64,000 nt of DNA, taken from positions 16,402,912-16,466,911 of the forward strand of contig NC_092675.1 of NCBI RefSeq assembly GCF_964355755.1. The letters run 5' to 3'. The notes beneath the pieces were generated by a model that worked only from the letters and a program-made list of their open reading frames with translations, did not search any database and was not told where the DNA came from. The position numbers and the translations under genes were made by a program. Shown here in pieces: positions 1 through 13,800 of the stretch (positions are counted from its first letter, which is position 1; each line of letters starts with the position of its first letter). Source of the stretch: Antedon mediterranea. Taxonomy: Eukaryota; Animalia; Echinodermata.

Positions 1-2374
1 AAGTTAGAGGTACATTTTTGTATTTATAAATTTGTATAGTAGTTATATTATTTGTATTATAGTAGGGATTTTGTTGAATGGTGTGTGTAGATAGGTTTAA
101 AATTTATCAATGTGTGCCGAAAAATAAATATTTTATTGCTGAAAGTTTAGGCATAAAAAAGATTGTTTTTCAAATATGTGAGCTAACATGGGGGAATGAC
201 TTGCAGTATATTGTCTATTAAATATAATCTACAATCTTGCCCATTTGTTATATTATTAAAAGCTTGCTTCATAAACTGGTGACAATCTTTTTTAGGCCTT
301 ATTAATAATATTTAGTATGGGAATTATATCATGGTTTTGTTTTATCAACTGCATGTGAATTATAATAATTATTTTTAATGAGTTAATTATATGCATTGCA
401 CTTTAATTTTTGTAATAAATGCTGAATGTGATGTGGCGAAAAAATGTTATACGAAATCAATATTTAACTATGCATACATCAAATTTGAATATATTTCTTT
501 TTTATCAAATAGAATTTTTTGGCCAAACAATAATAATTACGCGAGGAAAATAAATATGCATAAATGACATAGTAACTATGTAATATTCAAAGTGGCTTAT
601 AAGGTATGTATATAATGAGAAATGTAAGAAAGAATTTTGCGTTTTGCTCAAAATTGGGTAAAAAACTTGAAATAGGTGAAATACATAGTGTTCTATGCAT
701 TGCAGATATAAAGTGATGAGTTGACGTTTATTTTTGGATAACAGAAAAATACTTTGTACAGTATTTTTTTTAAATATTACCAAAGCTTTGCTATTTAAAA
801 CCTGTTCCTACTGTGTATAGACTGTTGCCAAGCATCGCTTGACGCCGCCTGATGTACAATTATCATCTACTGTAACACCAAAAAATGATATGAGAGCATA
901 GAATTAGAGATTACACTACATTGTATATAGATTACAGTAATATATTTCATTTTTACTAGTGTTTTCTATCTCCCCACATTTCTTTAGTATTTTCAATATC
1001 AGTACTAAGCACTTTGGATTCTTTCACCTCGTATATTACCACATACTGTATAGCTGTGAAATATATAGGTGAAAAAAATATTTGTTAAAAGTAAACCCTT
1101 TCCTATATTTCTGGGTTTTTTTTCTGGACAATGAGAAATTACTTTGAAATTGTAATTTTCAAATGTAATTTCTTAACTTGTTATGTATGTAACACTCATT
1201 ATATTTAATAGTTGCTTTTTTTTTACCGAAACACAAGAATAAGACTTGACGGTAGTTTTATTCAACACCGATAACAAACGTTGCATCAAGATTTATTAAA
1301 GGTATTATTTTATATTGTGGCAGTGTACGTGTAATTTAAAATAACTTGCAATTTTGTTACATTTTAATCCTAGATTTGTATCAATGGTATGTATTGTATC
1401 TATGTCTGGTTGAAGTTTGTATAAGTAGATAGGCTATATTATTAGGCTATGTTTTAAGCATTTTAGAATTTACCTTAAATCACAATGAACTCTTTATTAT
1501 CTCCACTAGAATTTTTTTTTTACAGTACAGACAATGTCTTATACACAGTCAACTGGTATAGCTAGTTTCAAGTTAAATTTTTCTGTTTGATGTCCAAAAT
1601 GTCTTGAGATTATAATATTGTACTAGTGAGTAATCTATCATTAAAAGAGTTTTAAATTTGACCCATCACACAATACCTACGCTCCAATGTTCAGGGATGG
1701 TAATTCAACATGCCCTATTTGTAAATTAGGGGACTGTTATCAACTTACCATTGCAATTTTATTCCGAGTACAGGCCCAACTCGCAAGTCAAAGAATAGTA
1801 AAAGTGAATACCGCTTGAAAGAAAATACTTTGAACTAGGTAAATACTAAAGTGTGATTGGCAACATATTGGACCAACACAAGGGTGTTTTGTTTGATAAA
1901 GTTGACTCTTAATTATATAATTGTTTGCTTTGAAATGAAATACGGTATTTTTACTTGTCTCCTTGAAATGGTGTAATTTAGAAAATAAATGTTAGCTATT
2001 ACTCCATGGCTATGTCAAAAAAAAAATTCAGAATATGGAGATGTCACAGTATTTTCTCACATGGTAATACAGTAAAATCAATTTTGTTTTCTAATGGGTG
2101 ATTTATTAAGTGTAAAATCAATATTGATGAAAATAATAAAATAAATAGAAATAACAGTGGTTGGTTTTATTTATTCATATTAAATATTTTCGATTTCATT
2201 ATACATAATTTATAACTATGCTTATGAGATTATCATATTTCAAACAAAAATATATATAACAAATATAACAACAAAATTTAAAAGATAATTTGTTTTTGTT
2301 TTTAAATTATAACTCTGGTGGAGTTCCTTGTTGTTGAGAAGGTTTTATACTTGGATTGAAATATTTTAGCACCA

Positions 2375-5300
2375 TCAGATATTTGACCATGGCTTCAACC
2401 AGGAGAAGCTGTTTTCAGTTTTTCCTGTGATGAAAATAGTAAATACGAGTGATAACTTTAAAGCAAATATGTTTGTTAAAATTTGGTCAATTTCAGATGA
2501 GGCGAGCACCTTGTCTGCCTCATGCTGGCTATGGCCCTGAATTTAGTAACAGGACTTCACTGGAAACTTGATTATTTTCCACGGACAGTTCCTGGAGGAT
2601 AACATGTATTGTCCTCTATATTTTTACTTACTATGGCTCGCATCGTACATGTATGCATTACCCTTCTTATCTACCTTTGTGTATTGTAATACTATGTAAT
2701 TCCTTCCAGTGTCATTTCATTCGCTTACCTGTTGGTTTATATTCACAACCTATCCAGTCATCATAGCCTAGCTCTTGGAGTAGTTGCAATATGTAGGTAT
2801 AATTGAGCTCCCCAGGACTGTCTGGCTCACCTCTACCAGGCACCTGCGCTATTTGCATATGACCTGATGGAAATTTGATCAAGGTTAGAGACAAGAAATG
2901 TAATAGTACAAACGACTTACAGTGATATGAGAGTTAATGTTCTGATATAGATATTCAGAATATTGTAGTACCAGGGGCGGATGCAGGGGTGGCCCGGGCA
3001 ACACCCTTAATTTCATACTAAATGTTTTATCTGCCATTTCATCGTATTCAATATCCATATAAAGTTAAGTCAGGGCTGGAAGAGAATATATGTAAATTGA
3101 CAGACTGCACTGCAACATTTAACCACCAGAGTCACCAAAACAATGTATTGGTGTTCAGCACATATTTTTTTGTAGATATGTTTCTGACCATGCGCAGAAT
3201 GAATTTTTGAATGACTAGTTGCTTGTGGTGCATCCCGTCATATTTGTCCATAATGATTGCGTTTTGTTGCCGACCGGAGGTTTTCTATAATTTAAGGCCA
3301 AAAAATCATAATTTAGTGTTTCCGTCTAGTACCCAGAAATATTAGGCTGAATTTCCGTAGTAATTATGGACATTCCGACTAACTTTGAAATAACAGTGTT
3401 ATACAGGTAGCAGAGCAAAGTTTGGTGCTTTCTGCAAATTTCCTATTATTTTCTTTGTTTTATTTTTTGGTGTGGTTTAAGCAATACTATAGTATATTAT
3501 ATTAATTTTGGAAAATGTGGTTTTAACTGCCGACTTATTTAGCATTAAATAATACAATTTAACGGTTTCCTCAATTTATTTATATAGCAGCAGCTTCATA
3601 TTTGTTTTACCTTTTTAAAATCATTAATTATTATTATATAATAGTAAATTTGCATTAACTTTCTACAGTTATTAAATTTTATTACTGTAGCGGAAGTTTC
3701 ATCAGGATTTCTCATACGCAAACAATGTTATCATTGTTAGTCACGTGTGTTTTATTAGGATACGATCGTATTGAAAAAATGGCTACGATTGTATCAGATA
3801 GCGCACTATAGAGTGAAAATTTATCATGAATTTTACGTGCAAAAGTACCACTTCCGGCAATCTTCGCTACAGGCCCCATGGTGTCCTCATCCCTGGACTA
3901 TTTGGGCAACCACCTTAAAATAGTCCTGAGACTGCCCCATTTTTAACTTACTGTTGAATACCAGTGGGAATCAGGCATGTCTATAATTATTACTCTCTTT
4001 TATATGAATGCATCTTATATTGTACTGACCTATGTAAGGATACAATTCCTTAATGATATTTGTAATATTGCCATGTTGTTGTTGCACATGAAATAAATCC
4101 TGTAAGGGAAAAAATACATTACAACAAAATTACAAATAAGGTAACTGTTTGTTTGTATAATACAGTATAATTGTAATATTATTTTCACACCTACCATCTG
4201 TAATTTTAGGTTTGGATTTTCTACTTTCTTGATAATATCAACAGCTAAAAAAGAAAACAGTATATTAAGTATTATACTACATATTGAACAAAATAGAGAG
4301 TTTATTTCCTATAAATAGTAGTAGTAATACAACAATAAACATACCTTGATATTGACTGTTCAAGAAATAATTTGGTACTGTTATCTTATTCAAAGGCTCT
4401 ATTAGTGCTAAAATACCTTCCTGAAAAAAAAACCAACATATTTTGTACTTTTGAGATTTCAGCTTTATTTTTTTTAAATCCAGATTTTATATCAAGTATA
4501 GGGACCAATAAAAAAACCATATATTTTAACTTACTTACAAACAAAAGGTTTTTTAGATAATTAAAAAAAAATGTTTTGAAGATTTAATTAACTTTTAATT
4601 AATAACTAATGACAATAATGGGATAATAAGATTATTTCATGCGAACCTTACTTAAGACATCTGCAGCATACTTCAGATTTGTAACAAACTTGTCTTCCAT
4701 TTTTTTTAATAGATTCTCAGTCTCCTCTTCTGTATGTTCTGGTATTTTACCTGACATGATATGCAATCTAAAAAATGCCAATGTACAGTACGTGTTAAAA
4801 TTTATTTTAATTTTTATTTTATTTTATTTCATACTCATCCAACAGCGAGTAATCCGCCAATTACAGGATGGATAAACTATTTAAAATTTCACAAGACAAA
4901 CATATACACAAGATGCTCTACATAAACAAAGACTTATTATTTGTACATCATTTAACAACATTTTTTGCAGAGCTGGGTTGGCATTTGCCAATTGCTCAAG
5001 ATAGATCAGTGCTTAAAGCTCTGTCTACACTATCAAACTAGTTTGACGAAAAAAGTGTGATGTGCCAAATATGGTACTGTAGTGATATGCCATCATCATG
5101 TCCATATATGGGCACATCACATGTTTTTATCACATTAAGTTTGATAAGGTAGACAGAGCCTTAAAGTGAAAAACTGAAGCCTTATTTACCCGGGGGGGTC
5201 ACTCTTAAATATTTCCATACGGGGAGGTGCCGCATTTACGGGTATATTTTCGAGGGCCTGGTAGCACAAGTGTGGGAAATTATGGAGAGTTGGTAGCACA

Positions 5301-7405
5301 AGTGTGGGAAATGACAGGGTGAAATTAGTAGTTTAAGTCCCTGGCCCGCCCACCCGTGTCAAAATGTCACGATTTATCGCCAAATTTTGCAGGTATTTTT
5401 TAGCATAATGGATGCTATAAGCCCGGCTATATAAGCCCATCGCTAAATACCTTTGAATAGGCCTAGAGTTTACGCATCAGCAGAAGAACACGAAACATAG
5501 CCTAGGACAAAATCATTCAACTGTGACCACTCTTGACCATCGTCGTCATGCACTGCGCGGACGAGCGATAAACTTGTCAAAACACGTTCGTGATTTTGCC
5601 ATGAACGGTCTCTTGGCCATACGCAGATCATGCCGGGAACCAGTACAAATATTGCCGTCTTTTTAGAGAACACTGGATTTTTATTTGGTAATGGTAGTTC
5701 AAGTCCGTAGTATTTTTCAGTAAAACAGGTAGCGCAAGTGCCTCATGTCTTGAAGTGGCTGCTGCACACCCCCGTTTGGTTTATATGCAAGTGACCCCCC
5801 CGGGCTTATTTATCAAACCTGTGCTTTTTATGGAATTTGTCAACGATGACAAATATATGATATAATATTTTCGTGCCGCGGTTTCAGCCAGCTAAATCCC
5901 CAGAGGACATAATCAATAAGAAGCTTTATTAACACGAAAGCTACAGTATATATCTACAACTGACAGTTTCAGAATATTATAAACTCGACTCATAGGTCCA
6001 AGCTGCTGGACCCAAAAATGTCTAGGAAAAGAGTGTTTATAAGGGCTCACGTTTAAACGTATTTGGATTATCCCCCTTTGATTGGTTGACGCGAATCAAC
6101 ACACTGCGGAAGTGAAGTCACATGGTCTCTGAGGACTGCATGTCCAACACACATCGGGAAAATGATGTATTGAAATTCTTTGAATTAGGTTAAAGTCCCA
6201 TTCGCTACGTTTATTAGATCTAATTTAAGATCACAAACTACATTTAATGTACATAATTATAAATACTATATGGCCCTATTAAGATAACTTTTTTGTTTTA
6301 AACGGTTAAAAATGTGAAAAATAAGTTGATTCTAGTAATTTTAGCGACCCGCTATAAATCCCAAAATGCATTGCGCGCAGATTTAAATATTTTTTTTCTT
6401 CTGCAATTAACACACTTTTCGATAGATCGTGAGACCAAAACAAAAGGAAGACTGATTGAAGATTGATACCCAATAGGTAAGGTTATGTGCAGTAAACAAA
6501 AAGGTATAACGAACAAACAAACACACAAACAAACGTAACTCTCTCACTTATAATATAGATACTGTAGTTTATGATTATATTTTTGTTCTGTTTAGTAGGC
6601 CACACTATTTACACAAAATTGTTAAACAAAAATAATTGATATAATAAACCATTATATCTGAAGAAAGAACAATGATTAAAACTGAGCAGCATTTTTTGTA
6701 AGAAATATTTCTAGTTTTAACTAAGATCATGGTACTGTAAGTGCAAGTCCACCATTGAAACTAATAAAATCATTTAATTCAAAACAGTTTAGTACACTCT
6801 TTTTTCTCACCTGGTACAATTGAGGGCCTTGCAATACTTGATGGATAATGTAAGGGCATCTTGGAATTCTTTTTCTTTACCTGGAATCGCACCAAGTCCC
6901 AATTCACCAGCAGATAAGTCACCTAAGGAAAGACAATAAAAGGCAAAACTAAGGCCATGTTTCCACAGCCAAAAATTAAACGATAAAAATTAACCGATAA
7001 ACTTTTTGTGGAAACAGAGTTGAACAGATTTCACTTGTTGGGGCCTCTACAATAGTAATTTATTTAATTAGAGTAAAAACTGAGTTTTAGAGCACAAAAC
7101 TATCTCCCTGAAACAGGGAGATGTGGGGGAGATGTCCCTGCTGAAAACAAACCAATTTGTATTGGTTTGTTTAATTGCATTTAAAAAAGGCTCAACCGGC
7201 GCCTCATACCTGGGAAAATATTGAGGAGAACTTGTTTTTGGTTGTTTGATTCGAGGGCTTCTTTGATATCTTTCGCGGGGTATGTGTATGGAAAAGCTAC
7301 TTCTACTGCTTGAAATCCGGATTGTTTTGCTGCATAATACCTTTGTTTTAAATCTGGCAAATCTGTGAATAGAAAGGACAAATTTGCAGCAAACTTCAAG
7401 CTCAT
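2375..7405 (-). CDS. HYI: Hydroxypyruvate isomerase, 8 coding exons, 269 aa
   Basis: Exons 7405-7210, 6922-6811, 4767-4647, 4420-4345, 4244-4195, 4099-4030, 2863-2729, 2424-2375. All introns are GT-AG and phase-consistent, total 810 nt. Motifs [64 protein letters not shown] and WIGCEYKP are typical of HYI. Confidence 0.96.
2972..3940. mobile_element. Degenerate non-autonomous DNA transposon (hAT-like ends) in HYI intron 6
   Basis: Imperfect TIRs CAGGGGCGGATGCAGG at 2972 and CCTGAGACTGCCCC near 3925-3938; no clear TSD. Confidence 0.45.
5017..5160. mobile_element. MITE, PIF/Harbinger-like
   Basis: TIRs AGCTCTGTCTACACTATCAAACT and AGTTTGATAAGGTAGACAGAGC with TAA/TTA flanks; second copy at 33933-34047. 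Confidence 0.8.
5189..5804. mobile_element. Non-autonomous DNA transposon with 8-bp TSD (hAT-like)
   Basis: TIRs CCCGGGGGGGTCACT and AGTGACCCCCCCGGG; perfect TSD CTTATTTA at 5181-5188 and 5805-5812; subterminal GGTAGCRCAAGTG repeats. Confidence 0.88.
5870..6560 (-). mobile_element. Probable non-autonomous Helitron fragment
   Basis: Minus strand begins ATCTATATTATAAGTGAGAGAGTTACG followed by a (TTTG)n tract, resembling a Helitron 5' end; 3' end not defined. Confidence 0.35.
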
Positions 7406-7871
7406 TTTGACGCGTCATCAAATAAAAAAATGTCAGAACTAACTCCAGATCCACCAATCAACGTCACCCATATATTAATATTGAAAGTTAACACAGCGAC
7501 GTTGTAAATGTACGTATATGTTATGTTAACGGGTTTTTATTAATAGAAATATAATTGAATAAGATTATTAAAAATATTTTGCCTCTAGGGTGGTGGTGTT
7601 TAATTCCTTTCATGAACTTAATTTATTCTAAGTACTGTACTGCCTTACACAATTTGGACCAATGGTAGAGTGTCTAAGAGAAGATAATTAGTACAATTCT
7701 GTCCAATCACAGTTCGTTGTAATTCAGGGTGGCGCTTTTGAAAACATGGAGACCACCACTTACTTACTACCGCCGGTTGTCTAACAAATGTTTATTTCGC
7801 GAATGAAAAACTTTGAATATGTTTACATATTAATATTTATTCTTATTGTCTACATATTATACTAGCCTAGT
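7406..7871. promoter_or_regulatory. Bidirectional HYI/DEPDC1 promoter with CCAAT boxes and a CDE/CHR-like element
   Basis: 466 bp between divergent ATGs. CCAAT at 7454, 7659 and 7703; GGTGG-cgct-TTTGAA at 7728-7742; second TTTGAA at 7812-7817. Confidence 0.7.
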
Positions 7872-10800
7872 ATGGAACCTTTCAGAGCAACACGATTGGT
7901 AAGCCTCACTGCTCATATTCACAGACTAGCTAACAAAAATACACACACACGGCACTCTATACTAGGCCTAGGCTAGTCTAGATAGGCGGATAGGTGACGC
8001 AAGCCATATATAGGGCCTACAGTAGTACTACTAGCCGGCCAGGCTTAGCCTTAGGCTAGGCTAGGGAGGGGTCCTAGTTACTAGTAGTAGGGTCCAGCTC
8101 CAGGGAGTATGGTCGAAGAAGAGGCCGCCAGTTTAATATCGTCATTTGTATGGAATGCCATGGCATGGCATGTGCGCTTTAATCTTTGATTGTCGTTGTC
8201 TATTACGGCGAGTTGAGTTACAGCTAAAGGAGTATGGTCAAACCAATAATAATTTATGTACGGTATTGCCGAATCTTTATAGGCCTATCTCGTTTACATA
8301 CTATCAAATCTTTATACAGTATTGAATTAATAATTTATGTACGGTACTGTCGAATCTTTATACAGTATCTCATTTATATACTATCGAATTTGTATACAGA
8401 TACAGTATTGCAATAATTTACGTACTGTATAGCCGAATCTTTATATCTCATTTACATACTATCGAATCTTTATACAGTATTGCATTAATAATTTACGTAC
8501 GGTATTGCCGAATATTTATATCTCATTTACATACTATCGAATCTTTATATCAGTATTGCATTAATAATTTACGTACGATATTGCCTAATATTTATATCTC
8601 ATTTACATACTTTACTATCGAATCTTGGTTTTTATTATTAGTAATAGGGTGTGTTATACATTAAGTGTTATTCCATTGTAACATATTGTTTGTGTTTTCA
8701 ATAAAGTAACGTGGGGGACGAATACTCCAGAGAAAAGCGTACCTTCTACAGCACTATTCCTGGCCAGCCGCCAGTCGAGTTATTAGCAGAAATTTGCGTA
8801 ACTAATTGCCGTACCATACAGACACTTGAATCATCTTATTTTAGTATTTAAAACGCATTTTAAATTGATCAATAATAATATTTATTATTTACACTACTAC
8901 AGTAGTTACTTTACTAATTAATTAATATACAATAACAAATATAATACATGGACATATATATTTCGGTATACTTTATTGAAAAAATATATAATTCTTAATT
9001 ATTGGCTTATTATATATTATATTAATATACAATACAAACACCACAATGTATTTTATTGACTTTAAGTTTATTAAACATATATCATTTCAACAGTTAAAAT
9101 AAGTAATCATCGATTCACCATTTCGTTTAATAGAATGTATCACATTCAATCTGTAAAAAAAAGAATAAATTACATAATAATGTAGATTGTTATTTACGTC
9201 CGATGTAAAGAAAACCTATCCAAACAATGATTACAAACCAACGACAATCAAAGCTCAAACTGTTATTGAACTAGCGGCCGCTTTGGTCATAATCCAGTAC
9301 AGTAGTAGGACTAGGCCTACATAGCTAGTCAATGACTGAGGCCTGGGCTAGACTATTGTCTGTGTAGGCAGCTCAACATAAAGAGCTCAACAAAAAATAT
9401 TTACTCACAAAGTTTAATAGGCCATTTGGACTAAAAATAAAACCCTCATAGTAACTATAATGGACGAATGAACTAGACGCAACACAATTACCAACATTGA
9501 ATTATAATTCCTTTACTTCTAATTTGGCTATCAACATATCGGATTATAATACTACTACTGTATGTTGTATAATGAAATAATATTTGAGATTGAGTGCATG
9601 TTTTTAATGCTTTATGTAACGTCCACCAACCACATGAACTTGCTCTATTACTACAGCATCGACGTTGTCGCCCGTTATTAAACTTCTGGATTCAACATTG
9701 CTTGCTAGGTCTAGCCCCGGGGCTGAGTCACAGAATCAGCGCACACATACATGCAGCCTGGCGCCGCCGATAGACATTCTCTACAGAAGCGATATGAAAA
9801 AAAACTCTGAAGTCTTATACGATGACATCACACACGTACCAGCACCACATTGGCTGATTATGACTTTTTACCGTACCTTCAGCAAACGGAAGTTAGGATA
9901 CGGTACCGTATCTTTAGTCACTGCGCTAAATAATCTCTCTTAAATTAAAAACTAAAAGAAAAAGAAAACGTCAAGTAGAGAATCAAACCTCCAACCCTGT
10001 AAGCCATAGCCTCATCACAAGACCACTAAGCCACTGCTTGCTTGCTGAAAACCATAGCCATAACTTTTAGTTTTTAGAAGTATGGATACGGTACCGTATC
10101 TTTAGCCATAATGAGTTTTAATATTTTACTAATACTAGCTAGCTTTTTCTAGCTACTGTACAGGAGGTTAGACTAGGCATACAAATTATTGTACTATACT
10201 GCCATTATTAGACCTAGATAGTTATTGAAATGTGTATAGTAGATAGGTTTAAAATTTATCAATGTGTGCCAAAACAAATATTGTATTGTTTTCTTAGTGG
10301 AATGGTCTAATTAAAGAATTCCGTAATGGTATTTACCCAAAGAGACATCGATGGCGGATGAGATATTACGACAATTGCTTTACATCCTCCGAGGCTATTG
10401 AATTCCTGCTGATTCATCTGCACAATGATCCAAGCTTTGGACCCTGGGTGACACGTGATCAGGCCTTAAGACTTCTCACAAAGTTTATTGAGAATCACGT
10501 AATTATAGAAGTTAAAAGCTCATCCAGTAAAGGACCATTTGAAGATGATGGCAGATTGTATAGGTTTGTTAATGAAACCGAATGTATTGATATAATCCAT
10601 GGCATTAGTGTATACGATATTTGTGATACAATTATAATGATAATTATATACCTAATTATAATTGAATTATCTAAAACCAATATTACTATACACTTACAGT
10701 AACCCATTATTAGATAAACATAGATAAAGAGGATGCAGAACATGTATTACTTTGCGACTAAACATAAATACAATACTTAGTTTTTTTTTCAATTTTAATA

Positions 10801-13800
10801 TAAACTTGTGCTTGCCATAGTGTATTAGTCAGTTTAATTGGTTTACCTGTTAATTTATTATGTATTTTTGTATTAGGATGTGTCCATTTTCACCCATTAA
10901 AAAGCTTCGATCAGCTCTCAATAGCCGCACTAATCTTCGTGAATTAGCAGAGGCAAGCCCTAAAAAACGTCCAAAATCATCAGTAAAACCCAAGAAGATT
11001 GTATCCACACCACCAACATCTTCATTGAGTGTACCATTCTCCAAACCTGCATTGAAAGAGGTTAAAGAACAACAAGAGTTTGTTAGACATTCTTCAGCTC
11101 TACTGAGGGTTAATGAACAACAAGAGTTTGTTAGACGTCCATCAGCTCGACTAAAGTCATGCAAGGTCATCCCAAGAAGCATAGGAAAAGTTGAATATCA
11201 GGAGGTTTGGAAGAGTTCTGCACTCACAAGGTACTTTACTGTATATATTTTGAATGAATAGGGAGTATTTGAATAAATGTTTTACAGTAACTGAACAATG
11301 CTATTTTTAATGTTGCATTATTTGTTCTAATTTCAATTGGAGGCATAAGATGTGAAAGAGCATCCTGCTGACCTACAGGGTATGTATCGCACAAAGCATC
11401 ACTCATAAAGCACTGGCCTATGGTATACCCTTTACTGTGATAATTACAAAAAAAATCTTTTTATTGCTTAATTTAAACAGTAAAACTCTCTTTCTTTATC
11501 AGGCTTCAGCGTATCACAGGAGTATCAACGATTGAGGATTTTGTGAGAGTCGATGAGATTCAAGCTTGTGATATTATTCAAAACAACTTAAAGATCAGTC
11601 ACAACAAAATTGTGATCATTGAAGACAAGTCTCAGGACCTACCGCATTGGGTGTTGTCTGCGATGCGTTGCCTCGCTCATTGTAAATCAACTTTTATTTA
11701 TTTTTTAAAATTTCATGCGCATCCAACAGCGAGCAACTTGCCAATTACAGGATGGATAAACTATTTCATAATTGATCATGCTTATAAACTAAGTCTCACT
11801 TGAGGCTTAGGGAGTGGAGTTGAAAGAATAGACTCTGGTACTAAGTCAGGATTCATTAATTATCTTAATATAGTTTTAATTTTACGTGGTGATGAATAAC
11901 AATGTCAAATTTATTTGACAGGGCCTGACAGAGCTGATGAAACTGTATTGCCTTCTTATCCTGGCTTTGAAAGAGATGTTTTCAAGACTGTTAGTAATTA
12001 CTTTCACAGCCAACCTGAACCTCTCTTGACCTATAACCTTTATGACATCATAACTGGGTCATTTTGTAAGTATTACATTCATCTATGACCATCACTTTTG
12101 ATTTATTATTTTACTTTGCATGAAAGGTGTGAGTATTCAATACAGTCTTGTGTGGAAACAGGGCTAAGCCAGCAGCTCCAAGTAACATTTTTGAATTTAT
12201 AGAACGATTTCCTATTTTTTATTTTCAGAGAATTTTGTTATGTTTGTTATTTAACTATTATTAACAATACAACTAAACACTGCATGGCAAAAAACTATAC
12301 GTAAAAGTACTGTACAAATTAAAGTATAGAATTTTATGGGGTTGTGTTTAGTAGGACCGTTTTATTAAAGTTATTTTTATTTTAAAATTAACATTGTTCT
12401 ATGTTGGAAAATTGTAATCAAGATGGGTTAGAATACTTGAGTCCTGATTCATTTTGTTTGTTTTACTAACAGCATGTATTTTCATTTGTTTTGTGTTATC
12501 ATTTGTTTAATCTGCAGTAATATGCGACCGACGTGATCGGGGCCTTGACGATTCCCCTTCTGATCTAACAACTCCACCAAGTGTGACTGCCACCAATCGT
12601 CTTAACTCATTTGGCTCTGTAGAGAATTTGATGCTTGACATGACAATGGGGTGGACACCGCTAACCAAGTTCACTGGTCAGTCGTCCGAAGATGTAAACC
12701 GGGGTGGATTTGAAAAACGGTCTGTTAATCGTCAACCGTATGTGACCCCTGTCAATACAAAAAGTAGAAATCAGTCGCTGACTAGTGGGAAAGGTAATGA
12801 TTGTTACTCCGGTACAATCTTCTGTCTAACATCTAAAAAAATAATGTCCCCTGGGAAATTGAGCCTAAACAAGGTTCCTAGTCAAAATCAGAATGAAAGT
12901 TATGTTTCAGAAATGTCCAAAAATGAACACAATCAAGAAAGCCGTCCACAAAGTGTCTCTCCAGAGGGTTATAGTAATAACTGTACGCAAGATGAGCCTG
13001 CCACATACTTACAGCCAAGTAATATCATTGATGATTATGGTTTCCTGCCAGCTCAGTATTTCAGTCCAGCAAAGAAGACCAATGAGCATTCAAAACGCTA
13101 TTCCTCTGATTCAAACCTGATGAACTGTCGCTCTTTCCTTGATAATAGTAAATACAGTTTGAAGTATGATCAACCTGTAAATGATGAGCGCCCTCTAAAT
13201 GAGTTACACTATGCATCTACCTCGTGTCTAAGCACAGAAAAGAAGAACTCGTCCCTGTCTTCAGAAGAATGCTCATTCGAATTCAGTCGTACCAGAAGTG
13301 GTTCATTCAGAAACCGTCGCAAGTTCAGTTCTTTGACCAACATTGACATTAAACCAACAGCAAATGATGACAAACGTAAAAGAACTACAAAGAATAATTT
13401 AGGGATCTCAAAAAAATTTGGGTCAGCATCTGAAATATTTCAGAAAATCTTCACAAAAAAGACAGAAAGAACTAAATCTAAGTGGACTGTACATGAACCA
13501 AAGTTGAATGAAAAAACAATGTCTTTTAACTCTAATGTAAAACTTCAGCAATGGAATTTGACAGAAAGAAGTACAGAACAACATGTTTTAGAAGGTTGTA
13601 GAAGACAAACTTGTCCGCCCTATATGTCACCAATACGTGCAACTTTATCTCAACCCGTCCTCGTTGGTAAACGCAATGATTCTGGTACTTCTTTTAACTC
13701 CTTGCAGACTAAGCACAAGGATTCAAATACCTCAGTTGGTAAACACAATACCTCTAGTCCCAGTCTTGGCCAACAAGCAAATGTTCAGAAGTGTTATGTG

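Noticed and set aside
1-2160. Possible 3' UTR of an upstream plus-strand gene (SZT2 is tail-to-tail with HYI in human)
   Set aside because: AT-rich with AATAAA near 2135, but no coding exon in the window, so identity cannot be supported.
2366-2377. HYI stop context TGA TGG TGC TAA as selenocysteine or readthrough
   Set aside because: No SECIS-like structure recognised, and the protein is already full length at the TGA.
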